This document shows positions 35,809 to 45,028 of a DNA stretch of 64,000 nucleotides, one piece after another. How positions within the stretch are numbered: position 1 is the first letter of the stretch; each line of letters opens with the position of its first letter. Origin of the DNA: Clostridia bacterium (GTDB lineage: Bacteria; Bacillota; Clostridia; Oscillospirales; CAG-272). The position numbers and the translations under genes were made by a program. Location: assembly GCA_017468385.1 (NCBI GenBank), contig JAFUIQ010000015.1, positions 15,726-79,725 of the forward strand, given 5' to 3'. Below the pieces are notes generated by a model. The model did no database searches, was not told the origin of the DNA, and worked only from the letters and a program-made list of their open reading frames with translations.

Positions 35809-37032
35809 ATGGAACCAAGAAAAGTTTTCACATCCGATAAATCCTATGTTCCTCCTGTGCGTGGTGCACAGAAAAAGAAAAAGACAATTGTTCCCAAGGA
35901 CGTCATGAATGCACAGAAAACAGTGCGAAAAAACACGTTGACGCTGGGGAAAGTTATCAGGCGCACCTGTCTGGTGCTTTTAACAGTTCTTGTGCTGGCT
36001 GTGGGGGCTGTGCTTGCTCTTTGCCATACGATTGCCAACGGCCCCAGCCCTACAGTGCGCAATCTGCTGGTGCTGTCTGCCATGCAGGCGAGTGCCACCA
36101 AATGGGTTCCCGGACTGTTTCTGGATGATGCCGTGGTAGAGCAGATCGTTGCCGACAGCAAAGTGATCCATAAGGATGTCATTTCGCTGGATGAATATAC
36201 GGCTGCATCGCGCGGCGACCAATCGGTGGAAACGCCCGGTGAAACACCGGTGGATGAATGGGCCGACGCGCAGGACGGAATGCTGTTCGATATCATCAGC
36301 GGTTCAACATATAAAGCCTATGTCTTGGTGGTCAAGGATCCGTCCCGGGTGTACGTGGGCACGTCCAGTGACTACAAGAGCGGCAAGATCGGTGCTCGCA
36401 TCTTCGACATTACCGCCCGCGATGACGCGGTGGCGGCCATCAATGGCGGCGAGTTCTACGATGTTGGCGGACAAGGCACCGGAGATAATCCCATCGGACT
36501 CACCTATTCCCGCGGTTCGTGCGTGTGGGATGACGGCTACCGTCGGACGTTTATTGGGTTTGATAAAGAAAACCGTTTGATCGTCACCGAAAAAATGACT
36601 CGCACTGAGGCGGAAAAGTTGGGAATCCGGGATGCAGTGTCCTTCCAGACCGGAAACCTTCTGATCGACCATGACGGTGACAATATCCAGCTCTATTATG
36701 CGGACAGCAATACAGGTACTGCCCAGCGCACGGCCATCGGCCAGCGGGCGGACGGCGCTGTCATATTGCTCGTCACCGACGGACGGACTGCCAGCAGTCT
36801 GGGGGCCACCCACAACGATGTGATCGATATCATGGTGTCCTACGGCGCTGTAACCGCCGGTATGCTGGACGGCGGATCCTCTTCCATGATGTATTATGAG
36901 GACTACTACACCAACTACGGAATGGACGAATCCACCCTTGACCAGTATCAGCTTCGCGGGCTTGTGAACAAATATAAGGCATTCACGTATCCCCGCCGCA
37001 TTCCCACTTACTTCATGGTAGGAAAGGAGTGA
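35809..37032 (+). CDS. phosphodiester glycosidase family protein (DUF2233/NAGPA-like), copy 2
   Basis: Track ORF trimmed to the ATG at 35809 (MEPRKVF..) with an AAGGAG RBS. TM anchor present. The block RTAIGQRADGAVILLVTDGR..AGMLDGGSSS is nearly identical in pattern to copy 1. Confidence 0.8.
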   Translation: MEPRKVFTSDKSYVPPVRGAQKKKKTIVPKDVMNAQKTVRKNTLTLGKVIRRTCLVLLTVLVLAVGAVLALCHTIANGPSPTVRNLLVLSAMQASATKWVPGLFLDDAVVEQIVADSKVIHKDVISLDEYTAASRGDQSVETPGETPVDEWADAQDGMLFDIISGSTYKAYVLVVKDPSRVYVGTSSDYKSGKIGARIFDITARDDAVAAINGGEFYDVGGQGTGDNPIGLTYSRGSCVWDDGYRRTFIGFDKENRLIVTEKMTRTEAEKLGIRDAVSFQTGNLLIDHDGDNIQLYYADSNTGTAQRTAIGQRADGAVILLVTDGRTASSLGATHNDVIDIMVSYGAVTAGMLDGGSSSMMYYEDYYTNYGMDESTLDQYQLRGLVNKYKAFTYPRRIPTYFMVGKE

Positions 37033-37037
37033 TCATC

Positions 37038-38117
37038 TTGTCTAAAATTAAGAGAGGGTTCCCTGTTTTCTACTGTATCTATTTTCTGTGCATCGCATTG
37101 TTCCTGGCGGGACTGTATATGGCGCTTGGCGTCGTGCGTGAGTATCTGGCGGATTACGAGTCCGCACAGCCGCAATATGAAGCAGAGCGGGTATTCGCAG
37201 CATACTACGACGATCGGGATTACGAGGAATTGGTCCGTATGTGCGAGGCGGATGTAACCTCGTTCGAAGAAAAAGCAGTTGTGGCCGCTTATCTTCGCGA
37301 ATTTACCGCAGGTAAGGAAATTACCTATAACAGCATCACCACCGGTCTGGATAGCAGCATCAAGTACATTGTCAAGGCGGACGGCGTCAAATTCTCTGCA
37401 TTTACGCTGGTCCGGGGAGAGGAAACCACGCCGAAAGGTGTTCCCCTGTACACCTTGGGAAATATGGAGATATACACCTCCGGCCAGCATTCGGTGAGTA
37501 TTACTGCCCCGAAGGGGTACACCGTACGAATGGACGGACATGTTCTGGATGAATCCTTTCGGACGGAAATGGAAGAAAAGCACGACAGCTGCCATCACAT
37601 GCCCGAGGGGACTGAAGGAATTATCTATGTAGAGTATCGGGTCGATGGGCTCTATTATCCCCCGAAGTCGGTGGAAGTCATCAACCGGGATGGAATTTCT
37701 GTCCCCGTTGTTCAGGACGATATGGGGAATTATTCGGCAGATTTCATATACAGTGACTCCCTGCAGGCGGAACATTCTGCGTATGTCATTGCCGCCGCAC
37801 AGGCACTTGCCGCCTATATGCAGAACGATGGCAAATTCTCTGCCATCGGCGCCTATCTGGATCCAACAAGCGATCTCTACACCAATGTAAGATCGTCCGA
37901 AACCTATTTTGTTATCTCGCATTCCTCGTTCTCCTTTGAAGATGTGAAAACGTCGGAATTCTATGCCTACGATGACAATACTTTTTCCTGTCGGGTATCC
38001 TTCACACACGTGCTGAAGAGGTACGGAAGCAAGGATTACAAGGACTATCTGGACATGACATTTTATCTGCGTAAGGTAGACGGAAAGTATCTGATCTACG
38101 ATCGCTACAACCATTAA
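37038..38117 (+). CDS. membrane-anchored protein of unknown function (paralog of 30543..32180)
   Basis: The track starts at GTG 37029, which abuts the GGAG. I prefer the TTG at 37038, 8 nt after AAGGAG. One N-terminal TM segment. Shares YESAQP and SITAP..G..LDES blocks with the paralog. Confidence 0.7.
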   Translation: MSKIKRGFPVFYCIYFLCIALFLAGLYMALGVVREYLADYESAQPQYEAERVFAAYYDDRDYEELVRMCEADVTSFEEKAVVAAYLREFTAGKEITYNSITTGLDSSIKYIVKADGVKFSAFTLVRGEETTPKGVPLYTLGNMEIYTSGQHSVSITAPKGYTVRMDGHVLDESFRTEMEEKHDSCHHMPEGTEGIIYVEYRVDGLYYPPKSVEVINRDGISVPVVQDDMGNYSADFIYSDSLQAEHSAYVIAAAQALAAYMQNDGKFSAIGAYLDPTSDLYTNVRSSETYFVISHSSFSFEDVKTSEFYAYDDNTFSCRVSFTHVLKRYGSKDYKDYLDMTFYLRKVDGKYLIYDRYNH

Positions 38118-38136
38118 CTGTATCAGGAGGACTACT

Positions 38137-38685
38137 ATGGAAATGCTTTCCCGCTGGGAATTGGGGATTTTGGATTTTATCCAGAACCATATCAAATGCG
38201 ATTTTCTGGACTGGTTTTTCCCTACAATCACCAAACTGGCTGACAGCGGAATTTTCTGGATTCTGTTGGCCGTCATCTTTCTGTTCTTCAAAAAGACACG
38301 CAAAACCGGCCTTATGATGAGCGCTGCACTGGTCTTCGGTTTGGTAGTCGGAAACCTGACTCTAAAGCCGCTGATTGCCCGCATACGTCCCTACGATCTG
38401 AATCCGGATGCGATTCTTCTCATCGATCGGCTGCACGACTTCTCCTTCCCCTCCGGGCATACCCTGTCCTCCTTTGAGGGAGCAACAGTGCTGATGATCC
38501 GCGACAAGCGATTCGGCATCCCGGCTATGGTGATTGCCGTGTGCATTGCCCTGTCTCGCTTGTATCTGTATGTGCACTATCCTACCGATGTGCTGGTGGG
38601 AGCCATCCTGGGCACGCTGTTCGGTTTCCTTGCCGTGGCTATGGTGAATGCCATCGAGAAGAAGATCCAGAATAAGAATGCATAA
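38137..38685 (+). CDS. PAP2-family phosphatase (undecaprenyl-diphosphatase/BcrC-like)
   Basis: 182 aa. PAP2 motifs KPLIARIRP, SFPSGHT and SRLYLYVHYPTDV. Confidence 0.85.
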   Translation: MEMLSRWELGILDFIQNHIKCDFLDWFFPTITKLADSGIFWILLAVIFLFFKKTRKTGLMMSAALVFGLVVGNLTLKPLIARIRPYDLNPDAILLIDRLHDFSFPSGHTLSSFEGATVLMIRDKRFGIPAMVIAVCIALSRLYLYVHYPTDVLVGAILGTLFGFLAVAMVNAIEKKIQNKNA

Positions 38686-38690
38686 AAACA

Positions 38691-38716
38691 GCCTCCGATA
38701 CGTTGGTATCGGAGGC
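38691..38716. terminator. bidirectional terminator between PAP2 and galM
   Basis: Hairpin gcctccgatac-gttg-gtatcggaggc with A/T-rich flanks. Confidence 0.75.
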
Positions 38717-38721
38717 ATTTA

Positions 38722-39780
38722 TTATTCATGGAGAAATTCGTAAATGGTTGTGGTTTCGTACACCTGTCCGGGACGCAGCACTACATCGGTGAAGCCTGGG
38801 TGGTGAATACTGTCGGGCATCGCCTGTGTTTCTAGGCAGATGGCAAAATGCTGGACCTGCGGAACATTGTTTTTGAAAGGTCGTACGTTCGGCTTGATCT
38901 TGTTGGACGTGTATACCTGAATGCAGGGCTGATCCGTATGCACGTGCATCATGCGCCCGGATTCGGGATGCATCAGCGTGGCACGTTTTTTCATCGCACC
39001 GTCGAAATCCGCTAAAATGAAGTTGTGATCGAATCCCTCAAAGAAGCGGATGTCCGGATCGGGATCTGCCAGAGCATCCCCCAGATTCTTCATAACGCGG
39101 AAATCGAACGGTGTCCCTGTCACATCGGCCATAACGCCGTCCGGGATCAGCTCGTGATCGATGGTGTTGATGCGGTCCGCATCCATCCACAGCAGATGAG
39201 AGCCGATGTTGCCGTTCTGATATCCGCTCAGATTGAAATAGGCATGATTGGTCAGGTTAACGAGGGTAGGTTTGTCGGTGGTGGCTTTGTAATGGATTTT
39301 CAGCGCACCCTCCTTGGTTAGAGTGTACGTTACAACCGCTGTCAGCGTTCCGGGATAATTCTCTTCCCCGTCCGGACTGATTTTTGTGAGGATCAATGCG
39401 GGTTCGTCTGCATCGCCCCCCTCCGTCACATCCCAAAACCGTCGGCTGAATCCGCGCAGGCCTCCGTGCAGATGGTGCTTGCCCTCGTTGCAATTCAGAT
39501 GGTAGGTTACGCCATCCAGCGTGAAGGTGCTGTTCGCAATACGATTGCCGCACCGTCCCACAAGCGCACCGTGATGACCACCGGCGATAATGTAATCCTC
39601 CGGCTGATCGTAGCCGCAGATTACATCATCGATATGGCCGTTTTTATCCGCAGTCCAGATGTTCAAAAGCGCACCGCCGAACTCCATAATACGCACGGAT
39701 GTTTCAGAGGCGTTTTTCAAAGTGTACGCATAGACTTCTCGGTTGTCCAGATAGCCAAACAATTCTTTTTGAATACTCAT
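38722..39780 (-). CDS. galM: aldose 1-epimerase (galactose mutarotase)
   Basis: 352 aa with motifs HHLHGG, NLTNHAYFNLSG and CLETQ. Confidence 0.9.
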   Translation of the reverse strand: MSIQKELFGYLDNREVYAYTLKNASETSVRIMEFGGALLNIWTADKNGHIDDVICGYDQPEDYIIAGGHHGALVGRCGNRIANSTFTLDGVTYHLNCNEGKHHLHGGLRGFSRRFWDVTEGGDADEPALILTKISPDGEENYPGTLTAVVTYTLTKEGALKIHYKATTDKPTLVNLTNHAYFNLSGYQNGNIGSHLLWMDADRINTIDHELIPDGVMADVTGTPFDFRVMKNLGDALADPDPDIRFFEGFDHNFILADFDGAMKKRATLMHPESGRMMHVHTDQPCIQVYTSNKIKPNVRPFKNNVPQVQHFAICLETQAMPDSIHHPGFTDVVLRPGQVYETTTIYEFLHE

Positions 39781-39783
39781 GTC

Positions 39784-40800
39784 CTACTCCTTAAATCCGT
39801 TCGGGTTCATCTGCTGCCATTTCCAGGAGTCAGCGCACATGTCGCGAATATCGTTCTCGGCAACCCAACCCAACTCTTCTTTTGCTTTGTCCGCGCTGGC
39901 GTAGCATGCGGCGATATCGCCGGGTCGTCGGGGCTGAATGGAATACGGCACGCGCACGCCTGTTGCAGACTCAAAATTATGCACGATATCCAGCACACTG
40001 TATCCGTTGCCGGTGCCCAGATTGTATATCTTCAATCCGGCTTTTTCATCAATCTTGCGTAGTGCTTTCACATGGCCAACGGCCAGATCCACCACATGGA
40101 TATAATCCCGCACGCCTGTACCGTCGTGGGTATCGTAATCGTTGCCGAATACCCCCAGCTCCGGGCGCTTGCCGATTGCCACCTGGGTCACATAGGGCAT
40201 CAGATTGTTGGGGATACCGTTGGGATCCTCACCAATCAGACCGCTTTTGTGAGCACCGATAGGGTTGAAGTAACGCAGCAGCACCACATTCCATACAGGA
40301 TCTGCCTTCTGAATGTCGGTCAGTATCTGTTCCAGCATGGATTTCGTCCATCCGTAGGGATTGGTGCACTGCCCTTTGGGACACTCTTCCGTGATTGGCA
40401 CAAAAGCAGGATCACCGTAAACGGTAGCAGAAGAGGAGAATATGATATTCTTTACACCGTGCCGGCGCATAACATCAAGCAAGGTCAGCGTACCGGTGAT
40501 ATTATTATCGTAATACTCCCACGGCATCGACACGGATTCACCGACTGCCTTCAGACCGGCGAAGTGGATCACGGAATCAATGGATTCGTTATCGAAAATC
40601 CGATTCATGGCCGCTCGATCGCGGATATCAGCCAGATAAAACTTCACAGGCTTTCCAGTGATCATCTGTATCCGCTCCAGCGATTTTTCACTGGAATTGG
40701 ACAGATTGTCGCACACGACTACGTCATAGCCGCTGTTTTGCAGTTCTACCACCGTGTGCGATCCGATATAGCCGGTACCGCCGGTAACAAGAATAGCCAT
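39784..40800 (-). CDS. galE: UDP-glucose 4-epimerase
   Basis: 338 aa with [11 protein letters not shown] and YGWTKSMLE (YxxxK). Typical GalE length. Confidence 0.92.
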   Translation of the reverse strand: MAILVTGGTGYIGSHTVVELQNSGYDVVVCDNLSNSSEKSLERIQMITGKPVKFYLADIRDRAAMNRIFDNESIDSVIHFAGLKAVGESVSMPWEYYDNNITGTLTLLDVMRRHGVKNIIFSSSATVYGDPAFVPITEECPKGQCTNPYGWTKSMLEQILTDIQKADPVWNVVLLRYFNPIGAHKSGLIGEDPNGIPNNLMPYVTQVAIGKRPELGVFGNDYDTHDGTGVRDYIHVVDLAVGHVKALRKIDEKAGLKIYNLGTGNGYSVLDIVHNFESATGVRVPYSIQPRRPGDIAACYASADKAKEELGWVAENDIRDMCADSWKWQQMNPNGFKE

Positions 40801-40827
40801 ATTCCCAATCCTCGCTTTGCGATTAAA

Positions 40828-41733
40828 TTATTTCCACAGTCCGTCCGGATATTCCTTCTTCTCCACCATGGAGCGGATCTGTGCGATTACGTTTGCTTTA
40901 TCTTCCTGATAGGTTACGCCATACCACTGTGCCGTGGTTTCCAGTACAGTGACGTCGCATTTCTTGTCGTTGATCAGCTGTCCTACCACATTGGGCAGAT
41001 AACACTCCGATTTCAGCGGTTCGCGATTCGGATCCGCCAGGAATTCCGTGAAATACACGTCCGCATCGCGGAAAATTTCGGGTGTGAATCCCCAGAAGTT
41101 CATGGATACCGGAGAATTGTTCGGAATAACAATACTCTCCCCGTTTTCATCTTCAAAACGGGCACCGTTGGGATCTTTGAAAATCTTGGTCCGCTCCACA
41201 ATGGACTTCAGCTGGCCATTTTCAGTAATACACACGCCGCGTGCCACGCTTCCGGCGTCAGTCAAAGTTTTGCCGATCTGATAGCCAACCATGGCATAGG
41301 AAGTATTGCCCGGCTTGTTCTCCACGCCGCGCAGGAACTCAGCCACCTTCGCATACGCATCGGCACCGTAGAAATCATCCGCGTTGATAACGGCAAACGG
41401 ATCATTCAGAAGATCCTTGGCGCACATGATAGCGTGATAGGTGCCCCAGGGCTTGGTGCGCTCCGGCGGGATCTTATCAGCGGGAACCAATTTATCCAGC
41501 GACTGGAATGCATATTCCACCCGGATTTTACCGGCAATGCGATCACCAATGGTTTCGCGGAACACATCATAATTCTCTTTTTTAATGATGAACACAACAC
41601 GGTCAAAACCGGCACGGATAGCATCATAAATGGAAAAGTCAATAATAAATTCACCGTGGGGTGTCATAGGATCGATCTGCTTCAGACCACCATAACGGGA
41701 TCCCATACCGGCAGCAAGAACAACTAACGTCAT
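40828..41733 (-). CDS. sugar-phosphate nucleotidyltransferase family protein (specificity unknown)
   Basis: 301 aa. N-terminus VVLAAGMGSRYGGLKQ and the INADDFYG pattern of the NTP_transferase fold. Confidence 0.75.
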   Translation of the reverse strand: MTLVVLAAGMGSRYGGLKQIDPMTPHGEFIIDFSIYDAIRAGFDRVVFIIKKENYDVFRETIGDRIAGKIRVEYAFQSLDKLVPADKIPPERTKPWGTYHAIMCAKDLLNDPFAVINADDFYGADAYAKVAEFLRGVENKPGNTSYAMVGYQIGKTLTDAGSVARGVCITENGQLKSIVERTKIFKDPNGARFEDENGESIVIPNNSPVSMNFWGFTPEIFRDADVYFTEFLADPNREPLKSECYLPNVVGQLINDKKCDVTVLETTAQWYGVTYQEDKANVIAQIRSMVEKKEYPDGLWK

Positions 41734-41864
41734 AACAATAATTCGCGCAACAGCGCGCCCCTTCCTTCGGAAAGCCGAATTTCATCGCTTACATTGTACA
41801 TGATTCAATATGTGATTGCAAGCGAAAAACAAAATTTCCGAAAAAATTTTTACTGCCATTGTCC

Positions 41865-41893
41865 TTGACAAGAACTGCACTATGATGTATACT
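41865..41893 (+). promoter_or_regulatory. sigma-A type promoter of the crp/fnr-like gene: TTGACA-17-TATACT
   Basis: TTGACA 41865-70 and TATACT 41888-93. Confidence 0.65.
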
Positions 41894-41928
41894 AAAAATG
41901 TCTCATATGATACAATTTGGAGGTTCAT

Positions 41929-42612
41929 TTGCGTAAAACTTCGTGTAATATACAGGATATATTGTCCGGGATGTTTCTCTTCGGCGGCACAGATGTATCC
42001 GCTTTGGAAAAAGAGTTTTGCTTCCTCCCTTGCTGTGAGGTAAAGGAATATGCATCCGGTGATGTGATACAAAGTGCTGCCCATCCGCTGGATGGACTGG
42101 CCTATCTGCACAGCGGCACAGCGTCTGTTCTGTCCGATGCATCGGACAAATGCGTGCTGCTGCGGAATCTTACATCCGGCGAGGTGTTTGGTGCCTCCAC
42201 ATTATACAGTGAAGTGCGCGGATACAATACAGTTATCACCGCTAATACCATGTGCACCGTGGTGATTATTCCTGCCGAACAGGTAAAACGAATCATTGCG
42301 GCGAATCCTGTTATTGCTGAAAACTATATTCGTTTTCTAACGGAGCGGATCTGTTTTTTGAACCGCAAAATATCCGCATTTACTGCAGGATCGGCGGAAT
42401 CCAAACTGGCGGTCTATCTTCTCGGACTGCCGCAAAATGCAGACGGTACGGTGATGTTACGGTCCAGTTTGTCCGACCTTGCCGACATGCTGAATATGGG
42501 ACGCGCGTCGCTCTATCGCGCTTTTGACGCTTTGTCTATGAATGGGATTCTTGTGCGGGAAGGAAAGAAAATCATTCTTCTCGATCGGAATGCCCTTCGC
42601 AATATATTTTAA
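41929..42612 (+). CDS. Crp/Fnr family transcriptional regulator
   Basis: The track start TTG 41917 overlaps the GGAGG RBS (41919-23). I prefer the in-frame TTG at 41929; the ATG at 41971 is also possible. cNMP-binding-like domain and C-terminal HTH GRASLYRAFDALSMNGIL. Confidence 0.75.
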   Translation: MRKTSCNIQDILSGMFLFGGTDVSALEKEFCFLPCCEVKEYASGDVIQSAAHPLDGLAYLHSGTASVLSDASDKCVLLRNLTSGEVFGASTLYSEVRGYNTVITANTMCTVVIIPAEQVKRIIAANPVIAENYIRFLTERICFLNRKISAFTAGSAESKLAVYLLGLPQNADGTVMLRSSLSDLADMLNMGRASLYRAFDALSMNGILVREGKKIILLDRNALRNIF

Positions 42613-42631
42613 TCTGGAAAGGAATTTCCCC

Positions 42632-43603
42632 ATGAAAAAGTTCATTAGTCTCGTTCTTGCCGCAATTTTGTCGATGTCCGTTCTCGTGTCCTGCGCACAG
42701 GAGCCTACACCGGATACGGTACGCGTATATACACTGAAGGGTCCCACCGGTATCGGCATGGCTAAAATGATTTCTGACGCAAAAAACAGCGAAGATCCGC
42801 TGTATGATTTCACCATTGCATCCGCACCGGATGTCATCCAGGCGGAAATCATCAAGGGTGAGTACGAAATTGCGGCCCTTCCCACCAATCTGGCCGCCGC
42901 TCTGTACAACAAAACAGAGGGCGCACTTATGGTTGCCGCAGTCAACACCCTGGGCGTTCTGTATGTCTTGGAAAACGGAAATACCATTCAGTCCATCCAG
43001 GATCTGAATGGCAAGCAGATTTATGCTACCGGCCAGGGATCCACCCCGGAATACATCCTCAACTATATTCTGGAAACCAACGGTATTGAGTGTGAAGTTA
43101 TCTATCTGACCGAGCACGCAGAGCTGGCTACGCAGATGGCTGCCGGAAGCATTACGCTGGGTATGCTCCCCGTTCCCAATTCCACCACGGTGCTCACAAA
43201 GAACGCAGATGTACGCGTGGCTCTGAATCTGACCGAGGAATGGGAAAAGGCTGCCGCAAAGAATGGTGATGACGGTGCTCTCTATCAGGGATGCCTGGTG
43301 ATCCGCCGTGATTTTGCAGAGCAGTATCCCGAGACGGTTAAGAAGTTCCTTGAGGAATACAAGGCATCCGTTGCGTTTGTTCATGACGATCTGGATCTGG
43401 CTGCAGAAACCGTTGCCGCTTGCGAGATCATTCCCGCTGCAGCCATCGCAATGAAGGCTATCCCGGATGCGAACATTGTTTGCATTACCGGTGAAGAAAT
43501 GGTCAAGGGACTCACCGGATTTTACAAGGTGCTGTTTGACAGCAATCCCAAGTCGGTAGGCGGTAAGTTGCCGGATGAAAAGATTTTCTACGCAGAAAAC
43601 TAA
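42632..43603 (+). CDS. ABC transporter substrate-binding lipoprotein (NitT/TauT, NMT1-like)
   Basis: Track ORF trimmed to the ATG at 42632: MKKFISLVLAAILSMSVLVSCAQE, with lipobox LVSC. Periplasmic-binding-protein-like sequence. The following permease and ATPase genes overlap. Confidence 0.75.
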   Translation: MKKFISLVLAAILSMSVLVSCAQEPTPDTVRVYTLKGPTGIGMAKMISDAKNSEDPLYDFTIASAPDVIQAEIIKGEYEIAALPTNLAAALYNKTEGALMVAAVNTLGVLYVLENGNTIQSIQDLNGKQIYATGQGSTPEYILNYILETNGIECEVIYLTEHAELATQMAAGSITLGMLPVPNSTTVLTKNADVRVALNLTEEWEKAAAKNGDDGALYQGCLVIRRDFAEQYPETVKKFLEEYKASVAFVHDDLDLAAETVAACEIIPAAAIAMKAIPDANIVCITGEEMVKGLTGFYKVLFDSNPKSVGGKLPDEKIFYAEN

Positions 43604-44366
43604 ATCACGGAAGATTCTTGAAAAGGTCGGTGTGGCGGTGTTCTGGCTGTTTGTCTGGTTCATCGCCGCATGGATCGTGGATCTGGAAATACTTCTGCCA
43701 TCACCGATCACGACCGCCGCGAAATGGTTCTCTTTGATGGGCACCGCGGCCTATTGGACGTCCATCGGAACTTCCCTTCTGCACATATTGAGCGGATATT
43801 TGATAGGTTGTTTTGCAGGCATATTGCTGGGGTATCTGATGTATCGCTTATCCGTGATCGATGCTCTGTTTTCCCCGGTTTTGAGTATGATACGCTCTGT
43901 GCCGGTAGCTTCTTTCATCATTTTGGCGCTGGTGTGGATCGGAAGACAACAAATCCCGCCCTTCATCGCCTTTCTCATGGTGTTTCCCGTGGTATCCACC
44001 AGTGTGAAGACAGGCTTGGGTTCTGTGGATCAGGAATTGGCGGAGGTTGCCTGTGTCTATCATTTCACACGGATGCAAACGATCCGTCTGTTGTATAAAC
44101 CGGCGGTGCTTCCGCATCTGATCACATCGGCGCGGGTTACATTGGGCCTTGCCTGGAAAGCCAGCGTTGCCGCAGAGATTCTCTGCTCTCTTTCCCATTC
44201 CATTGGAGGAAACATCTATACATCCAAATTGGTACTGGAAACCGATACGCTGTTTGCATGGACAATCACAGTCATACTGATCAGTATCCTTTTTGAGTCT
44301 CTGCTCTCACGTGCTCTGGATGTACTGAGTCCGACAGCAAGGAGGAAAGTATCCCATGTGCGTTAA
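43575..44366 (+). CDS. ABC transporter permease (NitT/TauT-type BPD_transp_1)
   Basis: 263 aa and polytopic. The start overlaps the SBP gene, so the exact start is uncertain. Confidence 0.8.
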   Translation: MKRFSTQKTKSRKILEKVGVAVFWLFVWFIAAWIVDLEILLPSPITTAAKWFSLMGTAAYWTSIGTSLLHILSGYLIGCFAGILLGYLMYRLSVIDALFSPVLSMIRSVPVASFIILALVWIGRQQIPPFIAFLMVFPVVSTSVKTGLGSVDQELAEVACVYHFTRMQTIRLLYKPAVLPHLITSARVTLGLAWKASVAAEILCSLSHSIGGNIYTSKLVLETDTLFAWTITVILISILFESLLSRALDVLSPTARRKVSHVR

Positions 44367-44988
44367 GTTGATCGATGTTACAAAGCGCTTCGGGGAAAAA
44401 ACGGTTCTCGCCGGGTTGAATCTTGCGCTGCAGATGGGACAGTGCTACGCTGTTGCCGGAGCGTCGGGCATCGGAAAAACCACCCTTTTGCGCGTCATCT
44501 CCGGGCTGGAAACCCAGGACAGCGGATCAGTAATACTGCCAAAGGATGCGGTGATTTCCTATGCGTTTCAGGAGCCCCGCTTGTTTGATGAGTTGACCGT
44601 CGCAGCGAATATGTCTGTTGTTCACCCCGATCGTGACAGCATGCAGATTCTGCAGGAATTGGATCTCTCCCAGGATGCTGATAAATTTCCGGATGAATTA
44701 TCGGGCGGTATGAAAAAACGCGCCGGGTTGGCCCGCGCACTGGCAAAACAAGCGGATATTTATCTGATCGACGAACCGACCGGCGGACAGGATGCCCAGC
44801 GGTGCCTCACAATTGCAGAAACTGTATCCCGTTACACGAAAGGCAGTTTGTGTCTCGTATCCACCCACGACGCATCCCTTGTCTCCATGATTGCCGATCA
44901 TCTGATTGTATTTGCAGAAAGCTCCGTTCAGGTATATGATCATATAAAAGATCGCTCGCTTGATGAAATCCAAACGCTTATGCGTTAA
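44356..44988 (+). CDS. ABC transporter ATP-binding protein
   Basis: 210 aa. Walker A GASGIGKTT, signature LSGGMKKR and Walker B IYLIDEP. Confidence 0.9.
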   Translation: MCVKLIDVTKRFGEKTVLAGLNLALQMGQCYAVAGASGIGKTTLLRVISGLETQDSGSVILPKDAVISYAFQEPRLFDELTVAANMSVVHPDRDSMQILQELDLSQDADKFPDELSGGMKKRAGLARALAKQADIYLIDEPTGGQDAQRCLTIAETVSRYTKGSLCLVSTHDASLVSMIADHLIVFAESSVQVYDHIKDRSLDEIQTLMR

Positions 44989-44992
44989 GTCA

Positions 44993-45026
44993 AAAAAGAC
45001 GACTGCCGGTTGGCAGTCGTCTTTTT
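44993..45026. terminator. bidirectional terminator between the ABC ATPase gene and pepD
   Basis: Hairpin aaaaagacgactgcc-ggt-tggcagtcgtcttttt. Confidence 0.85.
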
Positions 45027-45028
45027 CA

